Shown here: piece by piece, positions 59,113 through 64,000 of the stretch
How the letters are laid out: the number at the start of each line of letters is the position of its first letter
How positions within the stretch are numbered: the first letter of the stretch is position 1
DNA from: Octopus vulgaris
Lineage: Eukaryota
Assembly (NCBI GenBank): GCA_951406725.2
Contig: OX597817.1
Location: 14,074,001-14,138,000 of the forward strand
Direction: 5' to 3'
DNA length: 64,000 nucleotides
Notes under the pieces: model-generated
The model's input: the letters and a program-made list of their open reading frames with translations, nothing else
What the model was told of the DNA's origin: nothing
Database searches by the model: none
Program-made: the position numbers and the translations under genes

Positions 59113-60219
59113 CAGGTCTCGCATTTTAGCTTAGTTTAAATAGTAAAACCTCATGAATCTGGAGTTTCTTTTCCTTCATTTATGAATACTGTTGTTGTTC
59201 TTTTTTACTAATCGCCTGTAACTTGTCGCCATGGTCGTCGTTGTCGTCATAATCATCGACAATACCATCGTTTTCATTATTTCTTTCGTATCTTAGTGTG
59301 AGTTATTATCCTTTTTAAATGTCTATTATCATTACATTTTCAACGCAAATCATCTACACTTATTACTTTCATATATAACTCTTAATTTATTAAGGTAGGC
59401 TTGTAACTAGTATTTAAGTTTGTAAATATAATGAGTTGAAACAATATGAATAAAAGATATACAATGCTATTACGAAGACAGAATGAAGATATATATTGTA
59501 TTTAAAACAAAATGGATATTTGTTGTGCTTTTCTCTTTCTTTAAATAGTAATATTGCAAACATAATAAAATTACTTCAACAGAGTTTTCAAGTTGGAAGA
59601 GTGACAACAGTAACGTTGTAAAAGTGAAGAAATCCTGTAGTCTCTGTTTAGCAGCAAAAGTTGTAGCTACAGTGGAAGTCTTACCTCACTAAACGCACAT
59701 AACATTTCTTATAACAACATCAATGAAAGTAAATTGTAGCAGAGACAATTTTTCAAACAAATGCTATCGCCATCATTGTGACTTTAATCGTAATCTCTCT
59801 CTCTCACACTCCTCTCCTTCTCTCTCTCTACTTTCTTTCTTTCTCTTACAATTTTTAGACGTTTTTTTACACATAACCGATTACCACAGTCTTCCAGGTG
59901 AAACATACTGCAGATTAACGATAACTTTCTAATGGTCATTTTTTTTTTGTTTTCAATTGAAACTAATCTTTGTCCATTATAATTTCTTTTTCATTATTTT
60001 GGCATCTAACTACACTCATATTTCAGTAACTTAATAATCTCGGCGTTGATTGTCACGATTTTGTTCAAATATGATTTCAGTTTGAACATTAATCTAAGCT
60101 TTCTCAAATATCCATCCACAAACTTGCCTGTTATTACTTTCACTTTCACTTCATTAAACTCTATAATGTCAAGCTATTTATAAATATGTTCCTTAGCAGA
60201 TCTGGACTTTATCCGTCAG

Positions 60220-60737
60220 CGGAGGTGTGTGGCTTAGTGGTTAGAGTGTCGGCCTCATGATCGTAAAATTGTGGTTTCGATTCCTGGACCGGACAACGCA
60301 TTGTGTTCTTGAGCAAAGCACTTCATTTCACCTTACTCCTGTCCACTCAGCTGACAGAAATGATTAATCATGCGACGGACCGGCGTCCCGTCTATGTGGG
60401 GAATTTCTACGCCACTGAAACTGGGAAACCGGCCCTTAAGAGCCTGACATGGCTCGAGAAGGAACATTTAAGTGGAGGCGCGTGTGGCTTAGTGGTTAGG
60501 GTGTCAGCACCATGATCGTAAGATTGTGGTTTCGATTCCTGGACCGGACAACGCATTGTGTTCTTGAGCAAAACACTTCATTTCATGTTGCTCCAGTCCA
60601 CTCAGCTGGCAAAAATGAGTAATCCTGCGACGGACCGGCGCCCCGTCCAGGTGGGGAATTTATACGCATGAAACCGGGAAGCCGGCCCTTGTGAATTGAC
60701 ATGACTCGAGAAGGTAACTTTACCTTACCTTTACTTT
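60220..60737 (+). mobile_element. Two tandem SINE family D copies
   Basis: Heads at about 60220 and 60474. Confidence 0.88.
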
Positions 60738-61681
60738 CTCCGCCAGTTAGTAGCATACTTTCAAATACAAACAATATCCCCATTTACTCAACCAATATTC
60801 CTCTTAGTTATTTATAAAATAGTAAAATATATGAACAGAGTTCATTAATCAGTTCCAGGTTTTTCCGAAATAGTGTCAGGTTATCCATAATTAACAAAGA
60901 GTTAATTGTGATTGCTGCTGCTGATGTAAATGATTTGTTAGTTACAGTAGCGTAAATGAAAAACAAGTTTACTTTCCATGATATCTATGGAGACAATATT
61001 AACAATAACAAAAATACCGAAATAATTTGAAAGAATTCTTTAAAAATGTTCTTACTACAATGTCCTTCCATATACTTTTTCAGTTATTTAAAGTTATCAA
61101 AGTGGAGAGTATATGCAATCGATTGCCTCATTCCGTTTAGTTACAATTGCAAATGGAATTATGGATTTATTTCTCATATCCAGAATTCCTTAATTCAATA
61201 TCGTTTCTGCGAGACATTATATTGCGTTTATATCTCTGCGTACATTATTAAGGTACTATTAGTTTTAATAACATTAAATTATATCTTGTTTGCTATTTGA
61301 GATTTGGCGAACAACCTGATTGCTGTGAATTTACACAAATTATTTGCATCGTCAGCTATACGTAATACCTACAGAATTGATTTGAAAACTATCCAACTTC
61401 ACAACATATTTATACTTCGAATTATTTTGACATCGGCTATTGCTTTCTCTACTGCCTTCTTGATATTTTTCCATAATTTTTCCAATTTTTGTCAACTATA
61501 TTCAATTTATGTCTGTACTTCGTTCGTTATCGTCTTTGATTCTTTTGCAGTCTTTAGGAAACTAATCTAGCAGCATCTTCGTTCAATTGTTGTCGCTCAT
61601 ATTGCGGATGTATGCAGCGGAATTAACATGTAGCGGGTCTTCAGTTATTATTTCGTCGTTGGTGGTATACAACATTAAGAA

Positions 61682-62096
61682 GGCGGCGAGCTGGCAGAAA
61701 CGTTAACACGCCAAGGGAAATGCTTAGCGGCTTTTCGTCTGCCGTTACGTTCTCAGTTCAAATTCCGACGAGGTTGACTTTGCCTTTCATCCTTTCGGGG
61801 TCGATTAAATAAGTACCAGTTACGCATTGGGGTCGATATAATCGACTTAATTCGTTTTTCTGTCCTTGTTTGTCCCCTCTGTGTTTATCCCCTTGTGGGT
61901 AGTAAAGAAATAGGTATTTCGTCTGACGTTTCGTTCTGAGTTCAAATTCCGCCGGGGTCGACTTTGCCTTTCATACTTTCGGGGTCGATTAAATAAGTAC
62001 CAGTTACGCACTGGGGTCGATATAATCGACTTAATACGTTTGTCTTTCTTTGTTTGTCCCCTCTGTGTTTATCCCCTTGTGGGTAGTAAAGAAATA
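61682..62096 (+). mobile_element. SINE family B dimer
   Basis: TSD ggtatacaacattaag (61664-61679 / 62097-62112). Confidence 0.92.
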
Positions 62097-62857
62097 GGTA
62101 TACAACATTAAGTAGACATGTGGTAGCCCGCTAGACCACGCTAATGTTTTTTTGAGTTTCCATTTATTGTAACTCAGAACGTCTATATGTGCACAAATAT
62201 TTGACTTATTGAGCAAAATAAATGCGATGACGAACATAATTAGATAGATACTAGGTAAGATTTTAAAAGTAGTTCATGATTATTAAAGTCGGAATAAGTA
62301 GAAATAGTTAGAACTACTGCATGTAAGTAATGCATGCATGATCCAGCATAAAATTTCTCGATCGGTACCTTTTGCCGAACTTAACATGTTAAGCAATGCT
62401 AGGGGGACAAATTTGTTAAATAACAAAAAGTAGGCAAGAGAACATCTCACTGAGCAAGGCGACATAGCTTCATGTGGACTGCAGGGTGACTCTCGTCATG
62501 GCTTGAATTCGCTAGTTTTTGTAATCATTAGCAAAAGTTTTCTAGAACTTTCGATTAAGATATTTAGCGGGGAACTCGCACACTTCATTTGAAGTTTGCC
62601 GTATTAACTATAACAAGTCAGCCAATACTGGTTGCTCGAGCCATATTCACGTGGGCGTCAATGTTTTTCATGGCGGTACACTGCTTTTTATAGTAGTATG
62701 ACAGCTCGTGCTCCTGAACTGGGGAAATCTGAGAGTAATAGTTCAAAACTCAGCAGGAGTCTCGCTACAAATATTTCAACAATTCATTAATAAATGTCTG
62801 CCATGTCCAGCCCTAGTTCATTTCAGCGATTTTATAAATTTGCCGTCATTTAATCTT

Positions 62858-63346
<489 letters not shown>

Positions 63347-64000
63347 TTTGTTCTCAGATGTATTACATTTTTTTACGGTTCTTAGAGAAGGCTAACGCAT
63401 CCTAACAAAGCATTTTACACGCTTTCTCTAAATCGGCCTCATAGGTGAAGTAATCTTAATACCGTAACATTTAAAACCATTCTCAATCCTGTAATGCCTC
63501 GTTCCAATGAAGCAATTATTACTTCCGCTTCTCTTGTTTAGTATAGTTTCCAATATTACCATTTTAACAACCATTTAATCCCTATCATCGAAATGGGTTT
63601 TCGCTGCCTGAAATTTAATTATTTATCATAATTAGATTTCAGACAGCTAAAAATTTGTTGCTACACTCTTAATAGATTTATTATTTTCGTACCATTATTT
63701 TTTCCCAATAGTATGCGGGAAATTGCTTGCGCGTTAAAAACGAAAACAACAAAACAAATTATAACAATAATAATGATAATCGATTTCTTAAATTGTTTTA
63801 GGCTACTTGGCATCACAGTGTCTCTTATTAAAATGTACGGTTGATTAATGTATGATTCATATTTTAGATGTGAGAGGCTCCCAAGTTTCTAATTGATTGT
63901 ATATATAATTATAAATCGTTCCATTCCAGTTACGCAAAGTCATTTCTTGTGACTTGCACTACACATATTTTAATTGAAATAATATTATAACTAATATACC

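Noticed and set aside
61250-61660. Coding-like minus-strand stretch (LEKLWKNIKKAVEKA)
   Set aside because: Possibly an old LINE linker, but there are too many stops to support a call

Overview
This is AT-rich, microsatellite-saturated eukaryotic genomic DNA. The SINE repertoire suggests an octopus or other coleoid cephalopod (inference). No intact host protein-coding gene is visible, and nearly all ORF-track entries are microsatellite or SINE translations. Real coding remnants are all transposon-derived: a 5'-truncated CR1/L2-type RT, an R4/Dong-type RLE element inside (TAA)n, several RTE fragments, mariner fragments and a Penelope-like fragment. There are also four tRNA-derived SINE families (about 30 copies, many with TSDs), Helitron-type non-autonomous elements and TTAA-flanked MITEs. 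The most notable signal is non-coding. At 38204-39713 a ~493-nt, highly structured unit is repeated in tandem and inverted inside (TA)n, and each full unit carries one complete type I hammerhead ribozyme, i.e. a candidate retrozyme/circular-RNA element. A second, unrelated ~180-nt hammerhead-bearing tandem repeat lies at 45162-45536. A third dispersed family carries a minimal hammerhead with an unusual core (CUGUNGA-A). All structures were paired by eye; no folding or database search was run.
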